A stretch of 64,000 bases of DNA from Octopus sinensis (lineage: Eukaryota), in assembly GCF_006345805.1 (NCBI RefSeq), contig NC_043002.1:86738001-86802000 (forward strand). The letters are read 5' to 3'. A program made the translations under genes and the position numbers. Numbering within the stretch: position 1 is the first letter of the stretch; every line of letters begins with the position of its first letter. Of the stretch, positions 12,986 through 26,837 are shown piece by piece. A model generated the notes under the pieces. That model did not search any database. It was not told the origin of the DNA and saw nothing but the letters and a program-made list of their open reading frames with translations.

Positions 12986-13458
12986 ATATTGTTTTATTTA
13001 GGAATGGTCATTTTGCCAGTTTAGCCAATAAAAACACACGCACTATATATTTGGTGTTACTTTGCTTCAGCGTTATTTATTTTTTACATTAATCTTAATC
13101 TTATTTCGGCCAGATTTCTTTCGTCACACTCCTGTGACAGCATCAGTGGTCCTTTGCTTTCTTCTTTCTTATTTGTGTGTCTCTCCTTACTAACGGTCAT
13201 GCAAATGAAGACACATACAATAGAAATACAAAATACAAAATGGCTGACCGTTAGTAAGGGGAGACACACAAATAAGAAAGAAGAAAGCAAAGGACCACTG
13301 ATGCAGTCACAGGAGTGTGATGAAAGAACTCTGGCCGAAATAAGATTAAGATTAAATTAAAAAATAAATAACGCTGAAGCAAAGTAACACCAAATATATA
13401 GTGTGTGTGTTTTTATTGGCTAAACTGGCAAAATGACCATTCCCAAATACAACAATAT
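12986..13458. mobile_element. Foldback: two ~214-bp inverted arms (~96% identical) with a 45-bp spacer; probably an inverted pair of Penelope-type ends
   Basis: 12986-13199 is the reverse complement of 13245-13458 with about 9 mismatches. Each arm carries a hammerhead-like motif (13108-13152 minus, 13292-13336 plus). Confidence 0.8.
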
Positions 13459-13697
13459 TTTATATAATCTTATTACATTTAATTTTATTATCTTCTTCAA
13501 TGTCACCCAGTTAGTGTTTTTCATTGTCATCATTTTTTTTTATCTGTTCTCGTTAATAACTTCTTATCCTATTTCATTAAATAATTCATCAGTTTTATCA
13601 TTGCCATCTTAAATACTCATACATAGAGTTATTGCGACTTTAGTGCCATTCCCTTTTTCATCAAATTCTCTGCTATATTTTATTATTTGATATTTTA

Positions 13698-13699
<2 letters not shown>

Positions 13700-13732
<33 letters not shown>

Positions 13733-13802
13733 TTGTGTGCATGTATGTGTATGTGTGTATATATATGTGTTGTGTGTGTGTGGTATATATATATATACAC
13801 AC

Positions 13803-13833
<31 letters not shown>

Positions 13834-13877
13834 TATATACACAACACCACACACACACACATATATATATATATGTG

Positions 13878-13908
<31 letters not shown>

Positions 13909-13911
13909 ATA

Positions 13912-14002
<91 letters not shown>

Positions 14003-14023
14003 AATATATATATATATATAGTG

Positions 14024-14070
<47 letters not shown>

Positions 14071-14080
14071 ATAATATATA
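13700..14080. repeat. (TA)/(TG)/(CA) mosaic microsatellite
   Basis: Read directly; source of the YIYI-type ORFs. Confidence 0.98.
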
Positions 14081-14081
14081 C

Positions 14082-16712
14082 TTATTCAACAGTGCCATTC
14101 TAGCAACATACTCATGATGGGAGACTTCAATCTACCCTGTGTTGACTGGACTACAAACTGTTGAAACCAAGCACTCCCGCCTCAACCGCTGACAAAGAAG
14201 CAGCAGAGTCACTTTTCGACTTTACGAATGAGTTTTTCTTGTCCCAACTTGTCCTTGCACCAACAAGACATCAGAACATTTTGGACCTAGTGTTTAGTAA
14301 CCACACTAACACTATACATAACGTTACAGTGGAAAAAAACCCTTCTTTCAGACCATGACATGGTTCTCTGTAACATGAAATTCCACCAGCCAAAAGCTAA
14401 TCCTAGTGACCTTCCTCCAGCCCACCCATTTGACAACATGAATCTCCATAATGCCAACTGGGATGCAATCAGGAACGAGCTATCACATGTTGACTGGTCC
14501 TTTACACATACACACATCTCCACCAACCATAAAACATCTTGGCAGATCTTTGTAGACACCGTCACAGACATATGTGCAAAAACACTCCCCACCAAGACCT
14601 GTGAACAAAAAATGCAGAATCCCCAAAACAGAAAAACCATTATCAGAAAAAAAAAAAACAAACAAAAAAATTAACAAACTAAAGTACTGCCAACAGCAAC
14701 ACACACATTCGACGGCTATCGCACTGCTTGAATCCAAAAAATATAACCTCCAACAATGCATGAAGACCCTCATCAATAACCAAAGATCAGCTGAGGAGAA
14801 GTGGGCCATTGAAAAAATCAAACTCAACCCCAAAGTGTTCTTTTCATTTGCGAGGAAACGCAGGGTCACTGTCTCCACTGTAGGCCCTCTAATTGACGAA
14901 ACTGGCACTCTCCAAGATAATGCCAAATCCATGGCCGAGATACTGCAGAAACAATACTGCTCTGTTTTCAGCAATCCTGATATGGCCGATCTGGGCTGTA
15001 TCAGTGATGTCAACCCCCCAACACACTATATCGGACATAACGTTTAGTGCCCCTGATGTCTTAGCGGCGATAAACGAAATAAAACACAATTCAGCAGTAG
15101 GCCCCGATAGTTCCTGCTTGTGTCCTGAAGGTGTGTCGACACCAACTTGCATCTCCCCTTGCTAATCTGTGGAGAAACTCACTGGATGCTGGATATATTC
15201 CAAAAAACCTTCTGTCCCAGTCTGTTGTCCCAGTTTTCAAAAAGGGAAACAAGTCCCTTGCAGTGATTACCGTCCGATCTCACTCACCTCTCATATCATC
15301 AAGGTATTTGAGAGGGTGGTGAGATCTCGAATAACCCAATTTCTGGAAAGCAACAGACGGCTGATCTCCAACCAACATGGGTTCCGTAATGGAAGGGACT
15401 GCCTAACGCAGCTCCTGCATCACTTTGAGGACATTTTGAGAGCTTTGGGAGAGGGCTCCAACACCGATGTCATCTACCTTGATTTCAGTAAGGCCTTCGA
15501 CAGGGTCGATCACAAGATCCTATTGAAAAAACTATCCAACATTGGTGTCTCTGGAAAGTTACTGAAATGGATCAAGTGTTTCCTGACAGACAGATCTCAA
15601 CATGTTGTAGTTGAAGGGGTAAAATCAAGCCCAGCCAAAGTCAGTCAGTAGTGGCGTTCCGCAAGGCACTGTGCTGGGCCCACTTCTTTTCATCATTTAC
15701 ATTAATGACATTAATGACATCATCAAGCACAGCAACATAAAAATCTTTGCAGATGACTCCAAGCTACAGAAGGTCATAAATGAGGCGAGTGACCGGACAT
15801 GCCTTCAGTCAGATCTACTGGCTGTATCCAATGGGCAGAAAAAAACAATATGCTGCTGAACGAGGATAAATTTGAGCTAATCCACTTTGGAAAAGAGGAT
15901 GCCCTGAAACTCCCATACTCCCTTCCTTCAGAGGTGAAACTCTCGCGGCGTCCAACAACATCAGAGACTTGGGAGTAATTGTGGGACAACAACATAAGCT
16001 GGGCCACTCATATAAACACCAAAGTTGACATGGCCCGCAGAATGTGTTCCTGGATTCTCAGAACTTTCCAGTTGAGAGATATCCACACCATTATCCTTCT
16101 CTTCTCCACTTTTGCCCGACCCCACCTTGAATACTGTTGTCCACTGTGGTCTCCCCACACAATACAAGGTATCATAAAAGTTGAAGCACCTCAAAGGGCA
16201 ATCACAAAAAAGATAGATGGCATGACAGGCCTCGACTATTGGGGTCGACTAGAAAACTCTATTCTCTCCAACGTCGTCGTGAGCGCTACATCATCTGCAT
16301 GATGTGGAAAATATTCCATCAGCATTGCCCAAATGATGTTGGCATCACCTTTAAGGTACATCCAAGGCTTGGGCCCCGTGCCATCCGCCCAAAACAAAAA
16401 TCGCACTCTCATCTCATAACAACAATACGGCACAATTATTTCACCTCAATTGGCCCCGCTCTCTTTAACATTACACCAGAACACATTAAAACAGAAACTG
16501 ACCCTATAGGGTTCAAGACGTCTTTGGACAGATTCCTTCAAGAAATCCCGGATAAACCCCCTACACCCGGATATGTCTCTGTAAACAATAACTCTCTACT
16601 TGAGTGGGCCATAGTGCCCAAATTCTGACTTGAAAGACTTCACCAGGTGGTGCTATTAAGTTAGACATGGCCTGGGCCAATAATGGCCGAAACCTATCAA
16701 AGTATCAAAGTA
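14082..16712 (+). mobile_element. CR1-group LINE, 5'-truncated ORF2 (end of APE domain, RT, C-terminus), several frameshifts
   Basis: [106 protein letters not shown] ends at 16628; the tail is tandem (TATCAAAG)x2; (TA)n on both sides. Confidence 0.95.
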
Positions 16713-16806
16713 TATATATATATATGTGTGTGTGTGTATATATATTATATATATATATATATACACACACACACATATATATATATGTGTGTGTGTATAT
16801 ATATAT

Positions 16807-17146
16807 AAAGGGTAAAGACCCCCTTCGGTCATGAATGACCATGGGATTGCACCTAGAAAGTTACCCTCCTAAACACAAGTCCGGGCAAGGTTGTTTATGG
16901 AAGACCAGCAGTCGCCCATGCATACCAGCCTCCCCTCTCCACGCCACCAGTGTTATCCAAGGGAAAGACAAAGGTCGATACAGCTTGGCACCAGTGACGT
17001 CGCAACTCATTTCTACAGCTGAGTGAACTGGAGCAACATGAAATAAAGTGCCTTGCTCGAGAACACAACACGCAGCCCGGTCCGGGATTCGAGCTCACAA
17101 CCTCACGATCGTAAGCTCGACGCTCTAACCACTGAGCCATGCGCCC
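16807..17146 (-). mobile_element. tRNA-derived SINE family 2, full length, young-looking
   Basis: Minus strand GGGCGCATGGCTCAGTGG (A box)...GAGCTCGAATCC (B box), then GCAAGGCACTTT...CTCAGCTGTAGAAATG central domain and a distinct 3' tail. Confidence 0.88.
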
Positions 17147-17440
<294 letters not shown>

Positions 17441-17859
17441 GAACGCTCTTTCATATAATTTATTTGTGATACTTTGCAGTGAAGTTTCTCATGACAAAAT
17501 TAGTGCACCCAGAATTAAAGAGGAATATTTAAATGCTTTCTCAATCCAATTACATTTTTATTTCTGTACCATACAGAGAGACATTACAGCATTTTTTCAG
17601 TTCAATTCTTGTAGAATAAAAACAGTTATACCTTCTGCAGAAAAGAAGGGTCAATCCCCTTGACTTCATTTTTCAATTCCAGTTTAATTGGTTCAAATGC
17701 TGATACAACATCATGATTAGCATTAAATTCATTGTTTGAAAAATCAAGAATTTTTTTACATAACAACCATAACTTTTGTAGTACAGATTTTACAAAAAGA
17801 AAGAATAATTCTAACATTGCAAATAAATTATTTCATCTTGTCTTCATCTTATTCATCAT

Positions 17860-18300
17860 CATAATCATCATCATTTAACGTCTATTTTCCACACTTGTAT
17901 GGGTTGGACGGTTTGGGCTGCACCTGGTTCCAATCTGTTCTGGCAATGTTTCTACAGCTGGATGCCATTCCTAATGCCAACCACTCCAAGAGTATAGTGG
18001 GTGCTTTTTACATGCCACTGGCACAGGAGCCAGTCAGGCAGGCCTGGCATCGTTCACATTTGCATAGTGCTTTTTACATTCCACTGGCATGGGAGTCATT
18101 CATGGGGCACTGGCATCGGTCATGTTCAGATGGTGCTTTTTACATGCCACTGGAATGGGAGCCAGTCAGGGGGCACTGGCCACAGCAAGGATTTTGGTTT
18201 TACTCGCCTGAACAGGTCTTCTCAAGCATATCATATCACCTGACGCATCAAGGGTAATCTCAAATGAGCTGGACATGCAACACTGGCATCAGCCATATCA
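17860..18300 (-). mobile_element. RTE LINE 3' end
   Basis: (CAT)n tail plus repeated GGTGCTTTTTACATGCCAC units. Confidence 0.85.
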
Positions 18301-18415
18301 TTAACCATGCTGGACAAAATGTTGAGCTGCATTTTGCCACTCTTAAAATTCTGAGTTCAAATTCCAAAGTTGACTTTGCTTTTTATCTTTTTGGACTTGA
18401 TAAAATATGTACCTA

Positions 18416-18643
18416 TTTCTTTATTACCCACAAGGGGCTAAACACAGAAGGGACAAACAAAGACAGACATAGGTATTAAGTCGATTATATTGACCCCAGT
18501 GCGTAACTGGTACTTAATTTATCGACCCCGAAAGGATGAAAGGCAAAGTCGACCTCGGCGGAATTTGGACTCACAACATAACGCAGACGAAATACCGCTA
18601 AGCATTTCGCCCCACATGCTAACGTTTCTGCCAGCTCGCCGCC
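18416..18643 (-). mobile_element. SINE family 3 (GCCTTTCATCCTTTCGGGGTCGATAAATTAAGTACC core)
   Basis: Head GGCGGCGAGCTGGCAGAAACG; other copies at 19295-19490 (+), 31605-31818 (-) and 46923-47156 (+). Confidence 0.85.
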
Positions 18644-19294
18644 TTGATAAAATATGTACCAGTTGGGCACTGGGGTCTGAAATTAACTAAGCCCCTCTGC
18701 CAAAATTTCATAACTTGAAATTTTGTACCTCTCTTTAACCTATTTCTAAGAGTTTTTTTTTTTCTTTTGGAGATCCGTGTAACAAATGAACAATTGTTTT
18801 TCATTTCTAATGATGGTGTGAGTGCTTAAATTTTCTTTAGTAGAAGGTTCTTCTGTAATAGGAGCTGTCTCACTAAGCTTAATCTACTGAAGATTGATAA
18901 AATTATTAATCACTGCAGAATCAACACTTTGATCATCATCCTTGAATGTACCTTCAAACATGTCTTCATTGTTGCAATGATCATCAATTAGATTAGCTTC
19001 ATAACAATTAGATTAAATTTTCTTGTAAAGAAAATCATTAGCAACCAGAAGTAAGCCATGAGTGTAACACAATTGATGCATGCAACTGATCCTTACCAAA
19101 TTTAATCATGAGACTGACACCATCAGTTGCAATTCCAACTATATTTTTTCCAAAACAAATTTGAATTGAGAAAGTTTTTTTTCTTCTGAAGTTCAGTAAT
19201 ATTTTTAGCTGGTAAAATTCTATAAGTTTTGATCTTGCCTAAATTCCAGGATTTATCAGCTATGTATACATTTTCGTTCAAATACCTAAAAAAA

Positions 19295-19490
19295 AATGCC
19301 GGGTGAAATGCGTAGCTGTATTTCGTCTGCCGTTATGTTCTGAGTTCAAATTCTGCTGAGGTCGACTTTGCCTTTCATCCTTTCGGGGTCGATAAATTAA
19401 GTACTAGTTACGCACTGGGGTCGATGTAATCGACTTAATCCCTTTGTTTGTCCCCTCTATGTTTAGCCCCTTGTGGGTAATAAAGAAACA
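19295..19490 (+). mobile_element. SINE-3 copy, 5'-truncated
   Basis: Reverse complement of 18416-18620. Confidence 0.85.
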
Positions 19491-20033
19491 TATATTCATC
19501 TAAAAAAGAAAAATACTGAATTTCTTCAGAATTACTTTCTTTTAGTTATTTCAATTATTAAAAAAATATATTGACATCGAATCCTCTGCATTAAATTATT
19601 CTTTAGCAAAACAAAAGCTTTTAACTGGAACAATTTTCATTATAAATGCTCTTTTTAACTATTGCAGTCATATAAAATTTGATAGTAGTGACTAGTTTAA
19701 AAACAGTTTCTAGTATAATTTCAGTCATTTCCTATAAAGAAGTTTATTTGCTGTTGGTAGTTTTTTTTCAAATTGCTTCATCTATTTCACTTGTACTACT
19801 TTTCAGGGAAATGTCATCATGAATTATGCGTGTGATGTAAAAGATCACTTTCAAAGCACTTTTCGAGAACTTAAAGATGGCCACATAATTTATAATTAGT
19901 TTTTCTTTTAAATAATATGACTGGGTATTCCCAGGAAATAAAATACAATCCTGGGAATTCCCCAGTACAAATTTAGGCAAATATCTTGAGAATCCCAGAA
20001 CGAAAACCTTAATATATGTATGTATGTACGTGC

Positions 20034-20064
<31 letters not shown>

Positions 20065-20370
20065 CCACCTAGAACTATTACTTAATGTATATTACTTATA
20101 CACTGATACTAAGTTATTCTCCATTGTGTGTGACTGATGTATTTTATAAATATGCATATGAGCCAGTGTCTCTGTGTGAGTTAGAGAGAGGAAGTTAGAG
20201 ATAAGAGATAGAGAAGTTGTGAAACAGAAAAACACAGAGAATGAAGGAATAGTGACAGATAAAACTAAATTTTTGAACTTAGTTGACCTCAGTTCACATA
20301 GAAAAATCTCTCCTTTTCTGTCTGTCTATCTCTCTTTACCTTTCCCTCTCTCTCTTTCTCTCTCTTCTCT

Positions 20371-20470
20371 NNNNNNNNNNNNNNNNNNNNNNNNNNNNNN
20401 NNNNNNNNNNNNNNNNNNNNNNNNNNNNNNNNNNNNNNNNNNNNNNNNNNNNNNNNNNNNNNNNNNNNNN
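20371..20470. other. Assembly gap (100 N)
   Basis: N run read directly; true length unknown. Confidence 1.
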
Positions 20471-20629
20471 TGTCATTGCTTTACTTATCTGACAGCTCAA
20501 GTTCTAATCTCTTGAGCACTTTGAAGTGTTTCTATATATAGAAAATATCTGTTTTCAAAATATAAACTATATATATGTATACACACACACACACACACAC
20601 ACACATATATGTCATCATTGTTTAATTTC

Positions 20630-23600
20630 TGCTTTCCATGCTTGCGTGGGTTGGACAGTCTGACTGAGGACTGGCAAGCCAGAATGCTGTAGCAGGCTCC
20701 AATCTGATCTGGCAATGTTTCTACAGCTGGATACCCTTGCTAACACCAACTACTGTAAGAATGTAATGGATGCTTTTTATGTGCCACTGGCATGAGGGCC
20801 AGTCAGGCAGTATTGGCTTTGACTACACTCAAATGGTGCTTTTTACATGCCACCAGCACAGGAGCCAGTCAGGCTGCACTGGCAATGACCATGCTTGAAT
20901 GGTGCTTTTTATGTTCCACCAGCATGGGAGACAGTCAAGCACTACTGGCAATGGCCATGCTTGAATGGTGCTCTTTACGTTCTGGTGGCATGGGACCAGT
21001 CAGGTGGCACTTGCATCCATCACATTCGAATGGTGCTTTTTACGTGTCATCCGTATGGGTGCCAGTCAGGTGGTACTGGCATTGGCCATGACGATGACTT
21101 CACTTGACTCAACAGGTCTTTGCAAGCACAGTTTATTGTTTAATGATTGAAAGGTACTCTTAAATGGGCCAGTTATTCTGCATTGGCATAGGCCATGGTT
21201 ATGATCTCACTTGGCTTGCTGGGTTTTCTCAAGCACAGCATATTTCCAAAGGTCTTGGTCGCTCGTCATTGTCTCTGTGAGGACCAACGTTTGAAGGTTA
21301 TGCTTCTCTACCTCATCCCAGGTCTTCTTGGGGTCTACCGCTTCCACAGGTTCCCTCTACTGCTAGAGTTTGACACTTTTACACATTGCTGTCCTCATCC
21401 ATATCCAACAAAAGACCTTACCTGCGTAGCCATTTCTCCTGCACACCACATCTGATACTTCTTATGTTCAACTTTTCTCTCAGGGCACTTACATCTGTTG
21501 TTTATGCACACTGACATTACACACCCAGTAGAGCATACCAGCTTCATTTCCTGCAAGCTTATGCTTGTCCTCAGCAATCACAGCTCATGTTTCACTGCTG
21601 TTCACACACATGCATCATATAGTTTATCTTTTACTCTGAGTGAGAGGCCCTTTGTCACCAGCAGAGGTAGAAGCTCAATGAACTTTTCTCAGGTTATTCT
21701 TATTCTGGCAGCTACACTCTCAGAGCATCTACCCTTGCAATGGACTTGGTCACCTCAGTAATGAAAGCTATCAACTACTTCTAGTTTTTCCCCCAGCATG
21801 TGACGGAAGCTGTTTTCTACACATATTCAGCGTTTATTACCGCTAAGCATTTGCCACACACAAAAACCATCTTCCCAGTTAGCCTTCCTTTGATATTGCT
21901 GCACCTCTTCTATGTCCATAGCTTACAACGGATACATATGGAGTTTCTTCCTACGCCTTTTCTACTGATCAAGCAGTGTCATCTACCTAAAGGGATTTGT
22001 GATTTGTCTGCTTTCCAACTTACTAAGACTTTGGTCTTTGCTAGATTGACTCTGAGGCCCTTCAATTCTAGACCTTGCTTCTACACCTGAAACTTCTCTA
22101 GTTCTGATAGTGACTCAGCTATTAGAGCATTGAGAAGCTTCCAGGGTCATCATGTCTTGAATTCCTTCTTTATAGCCTGGTGGACTATGAGGAATAAGAG
22201 AGGGCTGAGGACTGCTCCTTAGTGGACCCCTAACCCTACCTGGAATTCTTTACTATACTCACCTTACTGACAGCATCCCTGTACATGACTTGTACAGCTC
22301 TCACTAACCACTCATCAATCCTTAGTTTCTGCATTGACCACCAGACAAAAGATCAAGAGATCCTGTCAAAGGCTTTCACTATGTCAATGGAAGCCAAGTA
22401 TAGAGGTTTATATTTGGCTAGGTTTTTCTCCTGCAGCTGCCTTACCAGAAATATAGCATCAGTAGTACTTTTCCCTCACCCAAACTCAAACTACATCTCG
22501 TCTAAACAAACTCTCTCCCTTATTAGTTGGGCTATGACCCTCTCCGTAACTTTCATTACCCAATCCAACAATTTGATACCTCTGTAATTATTTGTATCTA
22601 ATTCATCGCCTTTACCTTTGTAGCAGTTGACTATTATGCTGCTACACCAGTAATTGTGTATGACTCCTTCATGTAACAACTGATTGACTCTATTGATAGC
22701 TATACTATAGCTGACACCACCAGATATTTTAAGAATCTCTGCAGGGATTTCTGATGGGCTGGGGCTTTCCCTGTCTTCATACCCTTCATTGCTTTATCTA
22801 CCAAGGTACTGTTAATTCGGATAGCTGGTCCCTCTCTGTTGGGTCGACATTCAGCAGACTTCTTTCTCCCATTCATTCTCTTCATTTAGCAACCTTTCAT
22901 AGTGGCGTCTCCAAGTCTCTCTCTTTGCAGCCTCATTAAATGCAAGTGAGCCATCATTCATGTGGAAACATTTCTCTCCTATAACATCATGATTCTCTCT
23001 CACACACTGCCTTGCAACACGAAACACTTCAAGTCTTTGGTCTTCATGATGCAAAACATTGGCAAATTTTTTTCTTATCTGCTTCCCCTCTGGCTAAGTA
23101 AACCTGTCTCCTAGCTTCCCTCCTGGCAATCTGATACAGTTCCCTGCTACTACCGTTCTTCCATGCTTGTTACTTTTCCTTAATGGCCCTGTCAACTATA
23201 TTGTTTCAACACCATACTAACTTGGCTCAAGAGGGGACTTCGCACCACCCACAGATCTGGTCATTAGCCCTCAACAGGTTGTCCTGTAGGAATCTCCAGT
23301 TGTCTTCCACATTACGTGATGCTATATACTCCTCTATTTCATCAAAACCTTTGAGAAATATGTCTCTAAATCTCTGTCCATTCACAGGATCCTTAAGCTT
23401 ACAGACACTTCTTTTCCATGCTGGTCATCTTCTGTGCTTCCATTTAGTTGTGATCCTGAAGTTGCTAACTACTAATCTATGTTGCAGGGTACATTCTTCA
23501 CCTGGGAAGGTTTTGGCATTTATAAGTAACCATCTTTCCCATTTCCTGGCAGAGATGTAGTCAATCTGACTTGTGTATCCACCAGACCAGTAGGTGAATA

Positions 23601-23830
23601 GGTGACTGGCAGGTTTCTTGAAGTTAGTATTACAAACCATAAGATCATTTGCATCGCAGAACTCCAGCAGCCTGGTTCCCTCCTCATTGCGGGAACCAAA
23701 ACCATAGCCACCATATACGCCATGGAAGCCCCCTGCATGTTGTCCAACAAGCTCAATGAAGTCACCAGCCACAAAGAGATGGTCCCTGTCATTCATTGAT
23801 GAGGTAGTCTGCAAGAGGGTGTCATAACAC
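20630..23830 (-). mobile_element. RTE-clade LINE, ~3.2 kb, 5'-truncated within the endonuclease domain, decayed
   Basis: LFVAGDF...GGYGFGSRNEEGTRLLEFC...TSQIDYI...QHRLVV (23830-23430); IVNCYKGKGDELDTNNYRGIKLLDWVMKVTERVIAQLIRERV (22680-22490); 3' UTR with repeat units and an ATG-repeat tail at ~20630. Confidence 0.93.
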
Positions 23831-23853
23831 ACATACACGCACACACACATATA

Positions 23854-24878
23854 CAGGGGTTGGACAAAATAATGGAAACACTTTAAAATTTCTAACAAAT
23901 TTATTTTAATATGGTGTAGGACTACCTTTGGCAGTAATTACAGCTTGAATTCTACAAGGTATGGAGTCGTACAAAGTTTGAATTGTTTCCAAAGGAATTT
24001 TTGTCCATTCTTCAGCTAAAACAGTCTCCAGTTCTTGTAGTGATGATGACAGAGGATATCAATTCCTTACTTGTTTTTCTAAAATGCACCATAAATGTTC
24101 AATAATATTGAGATCTGGGGACTGTTGTGGTCAGATAAGATGTTCAACTTCACTAGAATGTACCTCCATGTGCCATTCAGTAACAATTTTAGCTGTGTGA
24201 CTTGGTGCATTATCATCTTGAAAGATTGTACACGTATACTCGGCTGGTGGTCAAAAATAAGGTAAAGGATGACTCTTCCGAGAAAATAACATTCTTCCAC
24301 TGCTCTAGGGACCAAATCTGTAGGTTTTTACTCCACTCTAAACATTTTGTAACGTTTTTTGTTTGAAAACGTTACATGAAATCTGGCTTTATGCAGTTCC
24401 CAGTGAATAATTTTGTGGAAACTGGGTTCACAAGGTGGTCATTAAGCTCTGCAGTAAGTTTGGGAACTGTACTTTTGTGGTTCTTTCTTACAATTCGCGT
24501 AAGAGTCCGACGGTCCCTATCTGAAAGTTTGGTTTACTTCTGGAGTTTTGTTTTGATGAGGAGGCTTTCCCTCTTTCTCAAAAGCCGTCATTACTTTCAA
24601 GAAAGTACTTCTTGATACACCAAACATTTTGTCTGTCTTCACTATGCTAGCAGCTGCCATAAGAGCACCAATAATTCGTTCTCTGTAATTTTAATGAATT
24701 TTAATTACCTTTTTTCAATGATATCTGAAAAGAAACAGCAATTTTAGCAAAATATATTAAGCAACACTAATAATAAATCAAAAAACATAAAAATAAACAA
24801 GGTTTTGACGGTTTTTAAAGATATTTCAAAAGTATGATGCTATGATACTAGGTGTTTCCATTATTTTGTCCAACCCTG
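23854..24878 (-). mobile_element. Tc1-family transposon, internally deleted, both TIRs present
   Basis: TIR CAGGG(G)TTGGACAAAATAATGGAAACAC at both ends, TA at 23852-53. Remnants VIFSEESSF, IFQDDNAPSHTA, SPDLNIIEHLW and IPCRIQAVITAKGSPTPY*. Confidence 0.93.
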
Positions 24879-24915
24879 TTAAATATATATATATATATAT
24901 ACATATATTTATATA

Positions 24916-26176
24916 TTAGGTTGGCAACTAAGTTCCTGCCGTTTTTTTAATAAAAATTTTTTTAAAGGTTTAATCAAAAATAGCAACTAATTAATCAATA
25001 ATGTATTCACCTTTGTTGTTTATACTTTTTCCCAACGTTCAACAAGATTTTCAATACCTCGTTGGTAGATATCACCTGATTTCGACTTGAAAAATTGATC
25101 TAACCAACCTCTCAATTCTGCATCAGCATTTGAAAGAGATTGAAAGAGGTGGAAAGCTGTTGGTGCCAAATCAGGAGGGTATGGCGGGTGTGGCAGCACT
25201 TCCCAGCCATGTGTTTGAATGGCTTCCTTGGTCATATTGGCGATATGAGGGCGGGTATTGTTGTGCAGCAGAAGAACTCCATGCTGCCAATTAGGTCTTT
25301 TCTCTTGAATAGCCATGTTGAGTCGTTTCATCTGTTGAATATAGTGTTCTGTATTGACCAGTTGGTTCCATTCAAGCAATTCATAATGCATAATCCCTTC
25401 CCAGTCCCACCATATGCACAACATCCTTTTACGCAGATGAAGATCTTGTTTCATGTGAAGTGTTACTTGCTTACCAGGGCTAAGCCATTCCTTACGCTGC
25501 TTCATATTGATATACAGGCACCATTTATCATCACCAATAATGATTCGATGAAGAAATCATTGCTTGTGTCCATGAGTTGAGCGATGACAAGCAAGCAAAC
25601 CAGTGGAGATTGTGGCTCGATTTTTGTTGTCACTTAAAGCCTGCTGAATCCATGCACCATACTTCTGAACCTTTCCCATAGAGTGAAGATGCTTCTCTAT
25701 AGCAGTGTGGAAGCATTCCATTTTCTCTGCCAGTTCCCTTGTCGTTTGACAAGAATTTTCGTGCAAAAGTTGGTTTAATCACTCTTCATCGAACTCAACT
25801 GGACAGCCAAAACGAGGTGCATCTTTGAGGCCAAAATTTCCATTTTTGAACTTGGCATATCAATCATGAGCAGTTCTTTCAGCTATGGCACCCTCTCCAT
25901 ACACAGCACAAATGTCACGAGCAGATTTTGCAGCCTTAAAACCTTGATTAAAAGCAAAAAGGAAGAGGTGTCGAAAATACTTGTATTTCTTAACTTGATA
26001 TTCCATTTTAATGATCTGAAAATAAACAAAAATTAACTAAAATTAACTAGGAAAAAACAAACTAGATTCCAAAATGATTCAAAAATAGAATTCTCGAAAA
26101 AAATAGATTCCATAATTTAAAAATGCAATAAATTCTAAAATTTAAAAAAACAGGGGGAACTTAGTTGCCAACCTAA
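24916..26176 (-). mobile_element. Full-length mariner (1261 bp), non-coding relic
   Basis: TIR TTAGGTTGGCAACTAAGTTCC at both ends, TA on both sides. Motifs IIIGDDKW, LCIWWDWEGI, LLLHNNTRPH and PHPPYPPDLAPT. Confidence 0.96.
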
Positions 26177-26189
26177 TATATGAATATAT

Positions 26190-26372
26190 TTCTCTCGTTT
26201 TTTTCTCTCCTATTTTTTTCTCTCCTTGTTTCTTCCTCGTTTTTTTTGCGTCCCTTTCTGTAGAAGAGCATAGGCTCGAAACGTAAAAGACTTTTTCTAT
26301 TCTTGAGCATTATACTAATACATCTGTTTGTTTTGTACATCACCTGTCTTGGTCTTTTGTTTTTTTCGTAAA
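26190..26372 (+). mobile_element. PLE-A 3' end copy
   Basis: Matches 280-468; ends in (TA)n; hammerhead-like motif at 26254-26289. Confidence 0.75.
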
Positions 26373-26392
26373 CTATATATATATATATATAT

Positions 26393-26439
<47 letters not shown>

Positions 26440-26502
26440 CACATACACACACATATATATATATATATATACACACATACACACACATATATACATACAT
26501 AC

Positions 26503-26549
<47 letters not shown>

Positions 26550-26635
26550 ATACATATATACATACATATATATGCATTCATATATATATACATATATATA
26601 TATATGCATATACATGCATATATATGCATATATAT

Positions 26636-26806
26636 GGCGCAGGAGTGGCTGTGTGGTAAGTAGCTTGCTAACCAACCACATGGTTCCGGGTTCAGTCCCA
26701 CTGCGTGGCACCTTGGGCAAGTGTCTTCCACTATAGCCTTGGGCCGACCAAAGCCTTGTGAGTGGATTTGGTAGACGGAAACTGAAAGAAGCCCGTCGTA
26801 TATATG

Positions 26807-26837
<31 letters not shown>

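Larger units (their letters stand above)
17450..20010 (-). mobile_element. Decayed hAT-superfamily transposon, broken by RTE and SINE insertions
   Basis: Minus strand RYLNENV...WNLGKI (19290-19230), IVGIATDGVSLM...HQLCYTHGLLLVANDFLYK (19150-19025; hAT TD and CxxH motifs), an acidic linker, then MLELFF...FSNNEFN...FEPIKL (17817-17680). Subterminal GGGAATTCCC-type repeats at 19920-20005. Confidence 0.75.

Noticed and set aside
13609-14098. Long ORFs rich in YI/CV/HT (also at 1306-1747, 17053-17458, 26173-26867, 28071-28413)
   Set aside because: They are translations of TA/CA/TG microsatellites, not genes.
17070-17146. Possible tRNA-Val(TAC) gene on the minus strand
   Set aside because: A and B boxes are present, but the acceptor and anticodon stems do not pair and the sequence continues into a SINE body.
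17626-17817. Possible host exon with an AG|GTATAA donor on the minus strand
   Set aside because: The peptide fits the surrounding hAT transposase relic.
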